Source: an uncultured delta proteobacterium
Lineage (GTDB): Bacteria > Desulfobacterota > Binatia > Binatales > Binataceae
Assembly (NCBI GenBank): GCA_963850125.1
Contig: CAWKKB010000005.1
Location: 35,807 to 99,806 of the forward strand
Reading direction: 5' to 3'
DNA: 64,000 nt
The notes under the pieces: generated by a model
Told to the model about the DNA's origin: nothing
Databases searched by the model: none
The model's input: the letters and a program-made list of their open reading frames with translations, nothing else
Made by a program: the position numbers and the translations under genes
Shown: positions 9,711 through 18,828 of the stretch, piece after piece
Numbering within the stretch: position 1 is the stretch's first letter
Layout of the letters: each line of letters starts with the position of its first letter

Positions 9711-10052
9711 CGTAAATTCTCCTGAATGTTTTTGAGGGTCGGTTCCGACTATAGCAGACCGATGGTTTGAAATAGATAAACAATTGTTTATCTAGCGATG
9801 TAGCCGTTCGCCTGTGCTAATCCTGTTAGTTGTCTCAGACAAATTTTGCTTATCTTAGGCGTGCGACGGCGAATTTTATCTCTGACTTTTCACTTGCAAT
9901 GAGTCACCATTCTGACTAAGTTTCTTTCTCCGTCGAGATACACATTAGACGGAAAGGGGCGTCGCATAAGAGATGGTGATCACTTCACCTATCGCCCTCA
10001 TCCAACATTTTTCGTTCAAGCTCTTCGCTCGGGGGAGGGAGGAAGCTGAACA

Positions 10053-10499
10053 ATGAGTACCGAAATCTCCACAATCGCCGTCGCTGATCCGCGTCCGTTC
10101 CCGGACGTCATTCTTCGCAGCCAGTTCTTCGAGATGGTCGGGACGCGATCGCTCTCTAGCGAACAGCGCCTGATGCTCGCGGTGCTGGCCGACGCGATCA
10201 ACGTCGTGCAGGAATTCGGCGGCTCCTCGAGCATGCGCAAACGCAATTCGTTCAACGAAGCCTGGAACTGGTTCTTCACTAAGGGCGTTGCATGCCCGTT
10301 GTCGTATGACAGCGTATGCGACGCGCTCGGAATCGACGCGCAGGGCTTGCGATGGCGTCTGTCGGAATTGGTTGCGGGACGGGGAGGCACACCGCTCCGT
10401 TTGCGCCTGAAGGAAGCGAGCCGGATGCAGCGCCTGACTGTGAATCGAGTGCGCCGCCGCGACCCGCGCCGGGTGCATCGCGCAACCCGCGTCCGCTAG
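10053..10499 (+). CDS. Conserved hypothetical protein with Arg-rich tail
   Basis: GGAGG upstream; EQRLMLAVLADAI...EAWNWF...SYDSVCDALGID helical motif recognised from a family of uncharacterised proteins. Confidence 0.65.
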   Translation: MSTEISTIAVADPRPFPDVILRSQFFEMVGTRSLSSEQRLMLAVLADAINVVQEFGGSSSMRKRNSFNEAWNWFFTKGVACPLSYDSVCDALGIDAQGLRWRLSELVAGRGGTPLRLRLKEASRMQRLTVNRVRRRDPRRVHRATRVR

Positions 10500-10568
10500 A
10501 GCTTCGTCACACGCAATCGCGTTCCTGAGCCGCGCGCGGAGAAATCCGCGCGCGGGTTTCGTGTCGGA

Positions 10569-11486
10569 CTATCGAAAATGCCGCGCCAGCTCCGAAGCAT
10601 ATGCAATTCCAATCTGGTCGGCGTTTTCACGGAGCCATGTGCTGAAGCGCGTCGGAGCGTTCGGCGCCGAATCCGTAACCAGCAGATCGCTCATCAAGCC
10701 GCGAGCTTCGTCGCGCGTGAGCGTAACGTCGCGGACGAACCATCCGACAATCCACGCTAATGCGACCGCTACCCGCGGATCGACATGCACGATCCGCGAC
10801 TTGCTGTGCACCGCGCTCGCAATCATTCGAACCAATTCGTCAAAGGTGAAAATCTCCGGGCCGACTGCGTCCAGCTCGACGGATCCTTCGTTGTCCGCGG
10901 CGTTCACCGCTACCTCGGCAAGGTCGGCCGCGAAGATCGGCTGAACGCGATAGTCCCCTCGCCCCGGAATCGCGAAGAACGGGAAGCGCCTCAGCAACCA
11001 CGCGATGTTGTTGAGCAAAATGTCCTCGACGCCGAAAATCAGCGCCGGCCGAACGATCGCGTAGCTGAGAGCCGACCTCTTGATTGCAGCCTCGACCATC
11101 GCCTTGCTGCGGAAATACGGCAGCGGTGACGACTCCGTCGCGTTGGTCACGCTGATATGAACGAACTTGCGGACGCCGGCTGCTGTGGCCGCATCGAGCA
11201 TGACGCGAGTATTCGCAACCGCGGTGTCGAAGGTCTGCCCGCCGTACGGAAACCTGATCCAATATGTGTTGAACAGCGTGCGGGCGCCTTCAAGACTCCG
11301 CTTCAACTCGTCGGGGCGATCGAAATTGAACGGCGCCGCTTCGATCTGATCGCCAAATGGATCCGCGCGCGCCGGGTGTCCTGTCAGTGTCTTGACGCGT
11401 CGACCGCGCGCCAACAGAACGCGCGTGATGTATCGACCGGTGTATCCCGATGCGCCCGTGACAACGTCGAAATCATTCGCGGGCAT
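10569..11486 (-). CDS. NAD(P)-dependent epimerase/dehydratase (NDUFA9-like atypical SDR)
   Basis: VTGASGYTG, YFRSK, VRPALIFG, VQPI. Confidence 0.9.
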   Translation of the reverse strand: MPANDFDVVTGASGYTGRYITRVLLARGRRVKTLTGHPARADPFGDQIEAAPFNFDRPDELKRSLEGARTLFNTYWIRFPYGGQTFDTAVANTRVMLDAATAAGVRKFVHISVTNATESSPLPYFRSKAMVEAAIKRSALSYAIVRPALIFGVEDILLNNIAWLLRRFPFFAIPGRGDYRVQPIFAADLAEVAVNAADNEGSVELDAVGPEIFTFDELVRMIASAVHSKSRIVHVDPRVAVALAWIVGWFVRDVTLTRDEARGLMSDLLVTDSAPNAPTRFSTWLRENADQIGIAYASELARHFR

Positions 11487-11596
11487 CTCGCATCTCCTCA
11501 TCTCACGATACCAAGGTGCAGGGGTCCGCGCCGGTGGCGATAGCCCTGTCCAAGGAAGTGTAAAATTCGGGCGGGTTTCAATAAGATTACGTTCCC

Positions 11597-12808
11597 ATGG
11601 ACCGTCCGCTCGAAGGAATCAGAGTCGTAGAAGTTGCAATGTGGGTCGCTGGCCCCTCCACTAGCGCCGTGCTCGGCGATTGGGGGGCTGACGTCATCAA
11701 GCTCGAGGACCCGACCACCGGCGATCCGATTCGCGGTTTCGTCACGCGCACGATGGGCGATCCCAACGCACGCATCCGTCCGCCGTTCGAGCTCGACAAT
11801 CGCAACAAGCGATCGGTCGCGGTTGATTTGCGCACCGCCGAGGGCCACGCCTTCGCGCTCAAGTTAATCGAACGGACCGACGTCTTCGTCACCAGCCTGC
11901 GACTCGACGCCATCGAGCGCATGAATCTCGACTACGCAACGCTGTCCGCAAAAAATCCGCGCCTGATCTACGCGTCGATCAACGGCTACGGGCATCGCGG
12001 GCCCGATCGCAATCGCCCCGCCTACGACTACGCTGCCGCCTGGGCACGATCGGGCCTGATGGCGACGATTGCCGAACCGGGACAGTCCCCGCCTGCGCAG
12101 CGTCCCGCGATGATCGATCACGCGGTCGGCCTCGGCCTGGCAGGCGCAATCTCCGCGGCACTGCTCGCGCGCGAACGCACCGGCCGCGGCCGCGAGGTGA
12201 ACATCTCGCTGTTCTCGATGGGCCTGTGGATGAACGCGTCCGACCTCACCGTGGGCCTGATGACCGGCCGCTCACCCCATTCCGAGTCGCGCACTGATCG
12301 CGTGAATCCGCTCTGGAGTTCCTACCAGTGCGGCGACGCGCGATGGGTTTACTTCGTGATGATCCAGAGCGACCGCCATTGGCCGGATTTCTGCCGTGCA
12401 CTCGGCAAACCCGAATGGCTCGACGATCCGCGCTTCAAGGACGCGACCGCTCGCGCGGAAAATTGCGCGATGCTCACCAGTGAAATCGATCGCGCCGTCG
12501 CCGCCCGCACCTCCGACGAATGGGCGCCGATTTTCGATCGCCACAATCTGATTTGGGCGCCGGTCCGCACCGATGCCGAAGTACTCGACGATCCGCAAGC
12601 CGAAGCCATCGGCGCTTTCGCCGTCGTCGACCACCCAAATATCCCAGGATGCCGCGTCGTGAACAGCCCGGTCGAGTTTGGCGACGCGCCTTTGCAACCG
12701 CATCGCGCCGCACCCGAACTCGGCCAGCATACCGAGGAAATTGCGCTCGAAATTGGGCTGTCCTGGGACGAAATAGCGCGTCTGAAAGCCTCCGGCACGC
12801 TCGGTTAG
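11597..12808 (+). CDS. Family III CoA-transferase (CaiB/BaiF)
   Basis: PLEGIRVVE, VAGP, LGDWGADVIKLE, NRNKRS, AYD, APELGQHT. Confidence 0.95.
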   Translation: MDRPLEGIRVVEVAMWVAGPSTSAVLGDWGADVIKLEDPTTGDPIRGFVTRTMGDPNARIRPPFELDNRNKRSVAVDLRTAEGHAFALKLIERTDVFVTSLRLDAIERMNLDYATLSAKNPRLIYASINGYGHRGPDRNRPAYDYAAAWARSGLMATIAEPGQSPPAQRPAMIDHAVGLGLAGAISAALLARERTGRGREVNISLFSMGLWMNASDLTVGLMTGRSPHSESRTDRVNPLWSSYQCGDARWVYFVMIQSDRHWPDFCRALGKPEWLDDPRFKDATARAENCAMLTSEIDRAVAARTSDEWAPIFDRHNLIWAPVRTDAEVLDDPQAEAIGAFAVVDHPNIPGCRVVNSPVEFGDAPLQPHRAAPELGQHTEEIALEIGLSWDEIARLKASGTLG

Positions 12809-12933
12809 CCTTGGTCCAGATAAACGAATTAAACGAGATTCTGACTGGCTTTTTCTCCCCTCTTGGGCAATCAAACATCGGTATAAACTGTCGCTTTCGT
12901 GACTTTGTTTGACTCTGACGAACGCCCCTCCAT

Positions 12934-13515
12934 ATGATCTTGTTACCCGTTCCCGGAGGTCGCCTGCTGGTGCGAATGATTGTCCCTCCCCTGGCTCATC
13001 GCCGCGAAATTGATCGCAACCTTGCCGAATTTTTCCGCGGCCATCGCGCTGCGCATTTCAACCGCGCCGTCTCCTCGATGTGCCGATATTTTAAATTGCG
13101 CCGCCCCCGCATCGAATGGTACGAGTACATCGACTGGGGCAAAACCGCCGGCCGCACCTACGAAGACGGCCGCATTCACCTCGTGCATCCCGAAAACTGG
13201 AAACGCGGTCGCATCTATTTCAGCGAGCGCAAATGGATCCAGATGATCTACCACGAGCTCGGTCACTTCCTGCTCTGGAGCGATCCCGAGCGCAAGGCCG
13301 ACTTGTTCTCGCGCCGAATGATCACCGGCCTCAAAGTCCGCGGGCGCCGCACAACGACGCGCACGCGCAGTCGCACTGGAATTTCGAGCACGCGTCGCCC
13401 CGCAAATCGGCTGCGCAAACGCCGCCCGCATATCGCGAGCGCTCGAAAATCGCGACGGGCTACACGTATCGCGTCTCGTCGCAACACCACTCGCAAATCC
13501 CGGCGGGCCGCCTGA
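12934..13515 (+). CDS. Hypothetical HExxH mini-zincin-like protein with very basic C-terminal tail
   Basis: YHELGH..E.KAD.F motif; tail of about 60 aa rich in Arg/Thr/Ser. Confidence 0.6.
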   Translation: MILLPVPGGRLLVRMIVPPLAHRREIDRNLAEFFRGHRAAHFNRAVSSMCRYFKLRRPRIEWYEYIDWGKTAGRTYEDGRIHLVHPENWKRGRIYFSERKWIQMIYHELGHFLLWSDPERKADLFSRRMITGLKVRGRRTTTRTRSRTGISSTRRPANRLRKRRPHIASARKSRRATRIASRRNTTRKSRRAA

Positions 13516-14066
13516 TGCCTCAGAAGCCGACCGTCGAAAATCGCTGGTGGGTCGAAACCACCTTCAAGAAACCGAAAAAAGCCAAGTCCGAAACCGAGAT
13601 GCCGCAGTTGCCGGTCGCGATGGCCTTTTACCAGGTCGCGCGCGACTACGATCAGGATCGCGCCAAGGAAGATCTCACTGACAATAATTTGCGCATCGCG
13701 CGCGAGGCGAATCCTCCGCAGGGCGGTTGGGCCTACCTCGCGATGACCGAGCAGCACGCGCCCGCCAACGTAATCAAGCGCGTCAAGGACGAGTTCCGCA
13801 TCCCGCGCGAGGCCCGCGGCATCGTGATCGATCACGGCCGTGTCGTGCGCCTGCTGATATGCGGCCCGCAACTCGAGGACTGGATGCTCGACATCACGCT
13901 CGGCGACGAACCGTCGGTGGACGCGTACGTATGGTCGGTGATGTACCGCGAGAGGATCTTCCGCCGCGCCGAAGACGCGCTGCGCCAGGCCCGCAAATGG
14001 GCCATCAACCTGCTCCAATTCCCACCCCCAAGAGACGAACCCTTCCGCGGCGCCCTGCTGGTCTAG
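13515..14066 (+). CDS. Hypothetical protein, translationally coupled to the upstream ORF
   Basis: TGATG overlap at 13513-13517; globular-looking composition with host-like codon usage. Confidence 0.65.
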   Translation: MPQKPTVENRWWVETTFKKPKKAKSETEMPQLPVAMAFYQVARDYDQDRAKEDLTDNNLRIAREANPPQGGWAYLAMTEQHAPANVIKRVKDEFRIPREARGIVIDHGRVVRLLICGPQLEDWMLDITLGDEPSVDAYVWSVMYRERIFRRAEDALRQARKWAINLLQFPPPRDEPFRGALLV

Positions 14067-14079
14067 AAGCTTTACCGCA

Positions 14080-14134
14080 CTGGGTGCAGGCGACACCCCT
14101 GCAAACCGACGGTGGCTTTCACTAAGATTAAGTT
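14080..14134. repeat. Double-hairpin repeat, copy 1
   Basis: CTGGGTGCAGGCGACACCCCTGC-AAACCGACGGTGGCTTTCACTAA; similar to 15369-15436. Confidence 0.7.
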
Positions 14135-14140
14135 TGCGCC

Positions 14141-15286
14141 ATGAACTATCTCTCCCTCGTGCTCCGAAACCTCACCCGCAACAAGCGCCGTACGATTCTC
14201 ACGACGCTATCGATCACCGTCTCGGTCTTCATCTTCGCGTCGCTGATCAGCCTGCCCGGACTGCTCAACAAGGTCCTGCGCGATCGCGCCAACTCGCTGC
14301 GCCTCATCTGTCACAGCAAGGCAAGTCTCTTCTACATGCTGCCCGAGTCTTACCGCCGCCGTATAGAAACCTTGCCACACGTCCAGGCCGTCGCCGCCTA
14401 CAGCGTCTTCCTCGCGACTTACCGCGATCCGAACAACCAGCTCGGCGTGCTGGCCGTCGATGAGGACCACATCCCCGAAATTTTTCCCGATTGGGATGTC
14501 AGCGCGGAAACCAATAACGAATTCAAAAGCCTGCGCACCGCGGCCCTGGTCGCGACCAACCTGATGAAAGTTTACGGCTGGAAAGTCGGCCAGACGATCA
14601 TGCTGCGCGGCACACTGTATCCGGTCGATGTGCAACTGACGATCGTCGGCGTGCTGAACGAGGAAGCCGCCGGCCCCCGTATCATCTTCCGACGCGATTA
14701 CATGGAAGAACTGCTGCACCGGCCCGGGACCGCCAACCTGTTCTGGGTGAAAATAGACAGCTCCAAATCCGCGCCCGAAGTGATCGCCGCTATCGACGAG
14801 ATGTTCGCCAACTCGCCCAACGAGACGGCCACCGAAACCGAAGTCACTCTGATCAAGAATCAAATCGGCAGCAACCTCGGTCTAATGCTCAACGGCGCAA
14901 AGCTCCTCGCCGCGATCGTGATATTCACGATCGCGCTGGTTGCCGCCAACACGGCCGCGATGGCGGTGCGGGAGCGGCGTCACGAAATGGCGGTGATGCG
15001 CGCGATTGGTTTCACCCGCGGCTCGATCGTTGCGCGTATCCTGGTCGAAGGACTGATAGTCGGCGTGACGGGCGGTGCACTCGGATGTGTGCTGGCGCTG
15101 CTGGGCTTCGACCTGCTGCCGCATGTGTCCGGAGCGCTGGGGCCGCTCGCGCTCGCGATGACGCTGCAGCCTCGAATAGTTGCCTACAGCTTCATGATCG
15201 CCGCCCTAATAGGAGCAGCCAGCGGCTTCATCCCCGCAACCCTGGCCACCCGCGGCGCCATCGCAACCGAACTCCGCGCCATCTAG
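14141..15286 (+). CDS. ABC transporter permease (MacB-PCD/FtsX type), no cognate ATPase nearby
   Basis: RNLTRNKRRTILT, periplasmic domain, AMAVRERRHEMAVMRAIGF, 4-TM topology. Confidence 0.9.
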   Translation: MNYLSLVLRNLTRNKRRTILTTLSITVSVFIFASLISLPGLLNKVLRDRANSLRLICHSKASLFYMLPESYRRRIETLPHVQAVAAYSVFLATYRDPNNQLGVLAVDEDHIPEIFPDWDVSAETNNEFKSLRTAALVATNLMKVYGWKVGQTIMLRGTLYPVDVQLTIVGVLNEEAAGPRIIFRRDYMEELLHRPGTANLFWVKIDSSKSAPEVIAAIDEMFANSPNETATETEVTLIKNQIGSNLGLMLNGAKLLAAIVIFTIALVAANTAAMAVRERRHEMAVMRAIGFTRGSIVARILVEGLIVGVTGGALGCVLALLGFDLLPHVSGALGPLALAMTLQPRIVAYSFMIAALIGAASGFIPATLATRGAIATELRAI

Positions 15287-15337
15287 TTCAAGCTCGATTG
15301 CTCGCCCATGCCTGCCTGCCAAAAGGAACCTGAGAGA

Positions 15338-15359
15338 AAAATGGCGTCCTCGCCATTTT
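15338..15359. terminator. Bidirectional terminator-like hairpin
   Basis: AAAATGGCG-TCCT-CGCCATTTT between convergent genes. Confidence 0.55.
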
Positions 15360-15368
15360 GCGACTGTG

Positions 15369-15436
15369 CTGGGTGCAGGGGTCACCCCTGCCCAAGGAAG
15401 CGTGAAACCCACGGTGGGTTTCACTAAAATTAGGTT
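15369..15436. repeat. Double-hairpin repeat, copy 2
   Basis: GCAGGGG-TCA-CCCCTGC and GTGAAACCC-ACGGT-GGGTTTCAC perfect hairpins. Confidence 0.75.
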
Positions 15437-15449
15437 CCTGGTTTGTCGG

Positions 15450-15869
15450 CTACTTCCTGAACTCGACCGTTGCTGTTCCGGTCACGAGGCGCTCGGCCTC
15501 CTCGTTCTCCATCCAGACGTCGATCTCGGCGATGCGGTCCGCGGGATTCTTGTTGGTGATGAAGCCGTGAATCGTGATCGTGTGATCGGGCTGCACCGGC
15601 ACGCGGTAGGTGGTGCTCATCCGGGACAGCCACGCGTTACTCGAGCCGATCCAATCCGTCACCAGCTTCGAAAGCAGGCCGAGGCTCATGTTGCCCGGCA
15701 GGATCATCCCGGGCAGTCCTTCTTTCTTCGCGGCCTCATCATCAGTGAAGCGCCCCGCGATATCGCCCATGCCCATGGTCTTGGCGTACGCGCGGCACTG
15801 ATCCTTGCTGACGAACAGCTCGAGCGGGCCGAGCGTGTCGCCGATATTGATCTCTTCGAAATTGTTCAC
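15450..15869 (-). CDS. MaoC-family (hot-dog) dehydratase
   Basis: GLPGMILPGNMS motif; GTG start overlapping the upstream stop. Confidence 0.85.
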   Translation of the reverse strand: MNNFEEINIGDTLGPLELFVSKDQCRAYAKTMGMGDIAGRFTDDEAAKKEGLPGMILPGNMSLGLLSKLVTDWIGSSNAWLSRMSTTYRVPVQPDHTITIHGFITNKNPADRIAEIDVWMENEEAERLVTGTATVEFRK

Positions 15870-16312
15870 GGGCGGTTCATGAAGCGATGGTCGATATGGG
15901 CCAGCACTTCGTCCTTCTGATTCTTCAGTGTAGAGCGAATCACGACGAACACCATCGTGCCGGTGCGTCCGGTCTTCTCGAAAATTTCCTTCACGTGCGA
16001 GGTCAGCGTGATCTGATCGCCCGGCCTTATCGGCGAAACGAACTCGACGTCCTTGCCCGCGTCGAAGCCGCGACGTCCGAAACGCGGGACATTCTCAAAA
16101 AAATGCCGCCCGTTGCGGAACGTCACCGCGAACGACGGCGGCGCGACGATCCCGCCGTACGGCCCTTTCTTCGCAGCTTCCTCATCGGTGTAGATCGGAT
16201 TGGTCTCCCCGAGCGCCGCGCAGTAGCGCTTGATCTTGTCGGCCTTGACCTCGACGGGTTCGGTCACTTCGAAGACCTTGTTGATCAGCGCCGGATCGTA
16301 GTTGACTGCCAT
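15866..16312 (-). CDS. MaoC dehydratase N-terminal-type (FAS1-like hot-dog) protein
   Basis: YCAALGETNPIY.D...GPYGGIVAPPSF; PIRPGD. Confidence 0.88.
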   Translation of the reverse strand: MAVNYDPALINKVFEVTEPVEVKADKIKRYCAALGETNPIYTDEEAAKKGPYGGIVAPPSFAVTFRNGRHFFENVPRFGRRGFDAGKDVEFVSPIRPGDQITLTSHVKEIFEKTGRTGTMVFVVIRSTLKNQKDEVLAHIDHRFMNRP

Positions 16313-16333
16313 CGTTCTAGTCTCGCTGTCGAG

Positions 16334-17017
16334 TTAGCGGGTTTCCATCGCGACCGCATGTGGCACGGCTTTGCGCCGCGGCCGGAAATCCACCGGCTCG
16401 TAGTTGCCGGTTTTCAATTCCTGCACCAGGTCGTCGATCGTCTTGATGTATGCGCTGAACTTCGTCGCGCACAGCCCAATCAGGCTGACCAGGTGACTGT
16501 CGGAACCGCCGGTCGCCGCGAACCCGTACTTCGCAATCAACTCCGCGCTGCGCTCGTCTTCGCCCTTGCGCGATCCGCCGTTCAGCGCCTCGACTGCGAC
16601 GATATTCTCCAGCGGCCCCTTGCTCTGATAGTGCTCGTAGAGCCCGATATTCGGGCGCCCCGGATGGCACGGCACTACTATTCCACCCATCCGCGCGATT
16701 TCGTCGATCAGCGTCTGCGCCTCGAGATGCACGTCGGCAAAATCGAATCGCTTGACCATGTCGTCGTTCACGCCGAACACCAGCATGTGCCCGTAGTTGG
16801 TCTCGACTTCCGACGCGCGCAGCACCAACGTGCCGAACTTGTCCTCGAGCGCGCGGTAGTCGGCGTCGCGATTGAATTGGCGATGCTCGGTCAACACGAT
16901 TCCGTCGACCGGCCGCTCGGCCGCCCGCAGCTTGATCCAGTTGAGGTACGCCTCTACCGGTGCGCGGCTGTCTTCGGAAGCTTCACTATGCGTGTGCAGA
17001 TCAAGGATTGTAGTCAC
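16334..17017 (-). CDS. PHP-domain metal-dependent phosphoesterase
   Basis: DLHTHS, VLTEH, GHML, CHP, GGSDSH. Confidence 0.88.
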   Translation of the reverse strand: MTTILDLHTHSEASEDSRAPVEAYLNWIKLRAAERPVDGIVLTEHRQFNRDADYRALEDKFGTLVLRASEVETNYGHMLVFGVNDDMVKRFDFADVHLEAQTLIDEIARMGGIVVPCHPGRPNIGLYEHYQSKGPLENIVAVEALNGGSRKGEDERSAELIAKYGFAATGGSDSHLVSLIGLCATKFSAYIKTIDDLVQELKTGNYEPVDFRPRRKAVPHAVAMETR

Positions 17018-17030
17018 CAGGAATGTGCCC

Positions 17031-17459
17031 TCACCTCGCCGGGCGAAATTTCGCGAGCGTCACCGCGGGCGTGACGTCCTCGTATACGACCTCGACGGGC
17101 ATCCCTATTCTAGCCTGTTCCGGCTGGCAGTCGACAAGGTTGGTGAGCATCTTCACGCCCTCGTCCAATTCGACATAAGCCATGATGTATGGCAGCGATT
17201 CGCGAAACCCGGGCGTCTGGTTCTGATAGGTCGTGGTGAACGTGTACACCTTGCCGCGCCCGCTGCACTTGATCCATTGCGTGTCCGACGACATGCAGTT
17301 GGTGCATAGCGCGCGCGGATAGTAGCGGACATCGCCGCACTTCCCGCATTTCTGGATGTACAGCTCGTGCCGCTGGAGTGCCTCCCACCACGGGCGATTC
17401 TCTTCGTCGAGATGCGGTAGTGGCTTCGAGTATTTCTTTGCTTGCGTCTGTTCCGCCAT
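17031..17459 (-). CDS. DUF35 Zn-ribbon + OB-fold protein
   Basis: QKCGKC..YYPRALCTNC, GKVYTFT, PY..AYVELDEG..MLTNL. Confidence 0.92.
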   Translation of the reverse strand: MAEQTQAKKYSKPLPHLDEENRPWWEALQRHELYIQKCGKCGDVRYYPRALCTNCMSSDTQWIKCSGRGKVYTFTTTYQNQTPGFRESLPYIMAYVELDEGVKMLTNLVDCQPEQARIGMPVEVVYEDVTPAVTLAKFRPAR

Positions 17460-17473
17460 GGTTGTGTCCTGGG

Positions 17474-18640
17474 TTACTGATTGCTCAAGATAAGCGTCGC
17501 GCCCGAATGCCGCATGCCAAGCGAGCCGCCGGTGCCGTGCGCGAGCGCGATTCTGCAATCCTTGACCTGGCGCGGACCGCATTCGCCGCGCAGTTGTTTG
17601 GTCGCTTCGATCACCAGGAAAATTCCGCGCATCCCCGGATGGTTCGACGACAGGCCGCCGCCGTCGGTGTTGATCGGGAACTCGCCGTCGAAGCGCAGTC
17701 GTCCGCCAGATACGAACGCGCCACCTTCGCCGCGCTTGCAGAAGCCGAGATTCTCGAGCGTCGCCAGCACGGTGATCGTGAACGAGTCGTAGATCATCGC
17801 CATGTCGATATCCTTGTGCGCGACGCCCGCACGCTCGAACGCCAAGCGTCCCGATTGCGCCGCTGCAATTTCCAGAAAATCGCGCTGCCCGCGCGCCGCG
17901 TGCCGTACCGTCTCGCCCGTGCCCAGGATGTACACCGGCTTCTTCTTCAAGTCGCGCGCCCGTTCCGCCGACGTGATCACGAGCGCGCCGCCGCCGTCAC
18001 TGATGATGCAGCAATCCAGCAGATGCAGCGGCGACGAGATGATTCGCGACGCGAGCACGTCCTCGACCGTGATCGGATCGCGGTACTTCGCGACAGGATT
18101 CATCGACGCATGCAGCCGCATCGTGACCGCAATCTCGGCCAGCTGCTCCGAGGTCGTCCCGTAGTCATGCATGTGCCGCTGCGCGATCATCGCGTACGAC
18201 CCTACCGTCGTCGGCCCGAACGGAATCTCGTACTGGTCGCATGGATCGCCACTGCCGCCGGCTCCGCCGCCCCCCGTCCCGATCGCGAACCGCGACGACG
18301 CCGCCGTCGATCCATAAACTACGACGCACACATCGCACAGCCCGGCATGAATCGCGGCGGCCGCATGGGCCGTATGCGCCACGAACGACGACCCGCCGAT
18401 CGAGGTCGAATCGACGAAGTTCGGCGTCAGGTTCAGGTAATCGCAGAAGCCGACGATCCCCATCCCGCTCATCCCGATTCCGGTGGTGCAGAGCCCGTTG
18501 ACGTCCTTGATCGTCAGGCCGGCGTCGTCGAGCGCGCCACGCACGCTCTCCGCCATTATCTGGAACAGGCTTTTGTCCGGCGCGAATCGCGTCGGATGCT
18601 CGAACACTCCGGCCACTGCAGTCTTGCGGCTTAAACTCAT
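17474..18640 (-). CDS. Thiolase-fold (SCP2/Ltp2-like) protein lacking the catalytic cysteines
   Basis: IGGSSF (no Cys), PLHLLDCC..SDGG, IYDSFT, INTDGGGL, HGTGG. Confidence 0.9.
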   Translation of the reverse strand: MSLSRKTAVAGVFEHPTRFAPDKSLFQIMAESVRGALDDAGLTIKDVNGLCTTGIGMSGMGIVGFCDYLNLTPNFVDSTSIGGSSFVAHTAHAAAAIHAGLCDVCVVVYGSTAASSRFAIGTGGGGAGGSGDPCDQYEIPFGPTTVGSYAMIAQRHMHDYGTTSEQLAEIAVTMRLHASMNPVAKYRDPITVEDVLASRIISSPLHLLDCCIISDGGGALVITSAERARDLKKKPVYILGTGETVRHAARGQRDFLEIAAAQSGRLAFERAGVAHKDIDMAMIYDSFTITVLATLENLGFCKRGEGGAFVSGGRLRFDGEFPINTDGGGLSSNHPGMRGIFLVIEATKQLRGECGPRQVKDCRIALAHGTGGSLGMRHSGATLILSNQ

Positions 18641-18700
18641 GATTCAATTCCTACTTGAGAGAGCTCTGCGAAACCCGGATCGGTTTCTTCCTTCTCGCGG

Positions 18701-18781
18701 CTTCCCCTCTCCCTGCAAGGGAGAGGATCGAAGGTGAGGGTCTTTGTAGAGCGCGCTCTTTCGCGCGCGACTCAAGATTCT
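18701..18781. repeat. REP-like palindromic element, copy 1
   Basis: CCTCTCCC-TGCAA-GGGAGAGG...GGTGAGGGTC...GCGCGCGACTCAAGATTCT; close match to 46131-46210. Confidence 0.8.
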
Positions 18782-18828
18782 GTCTCTGTTCGGAATCTGT
18801 CCAGCGATCTTACGCAAAGCTCTCTCTT

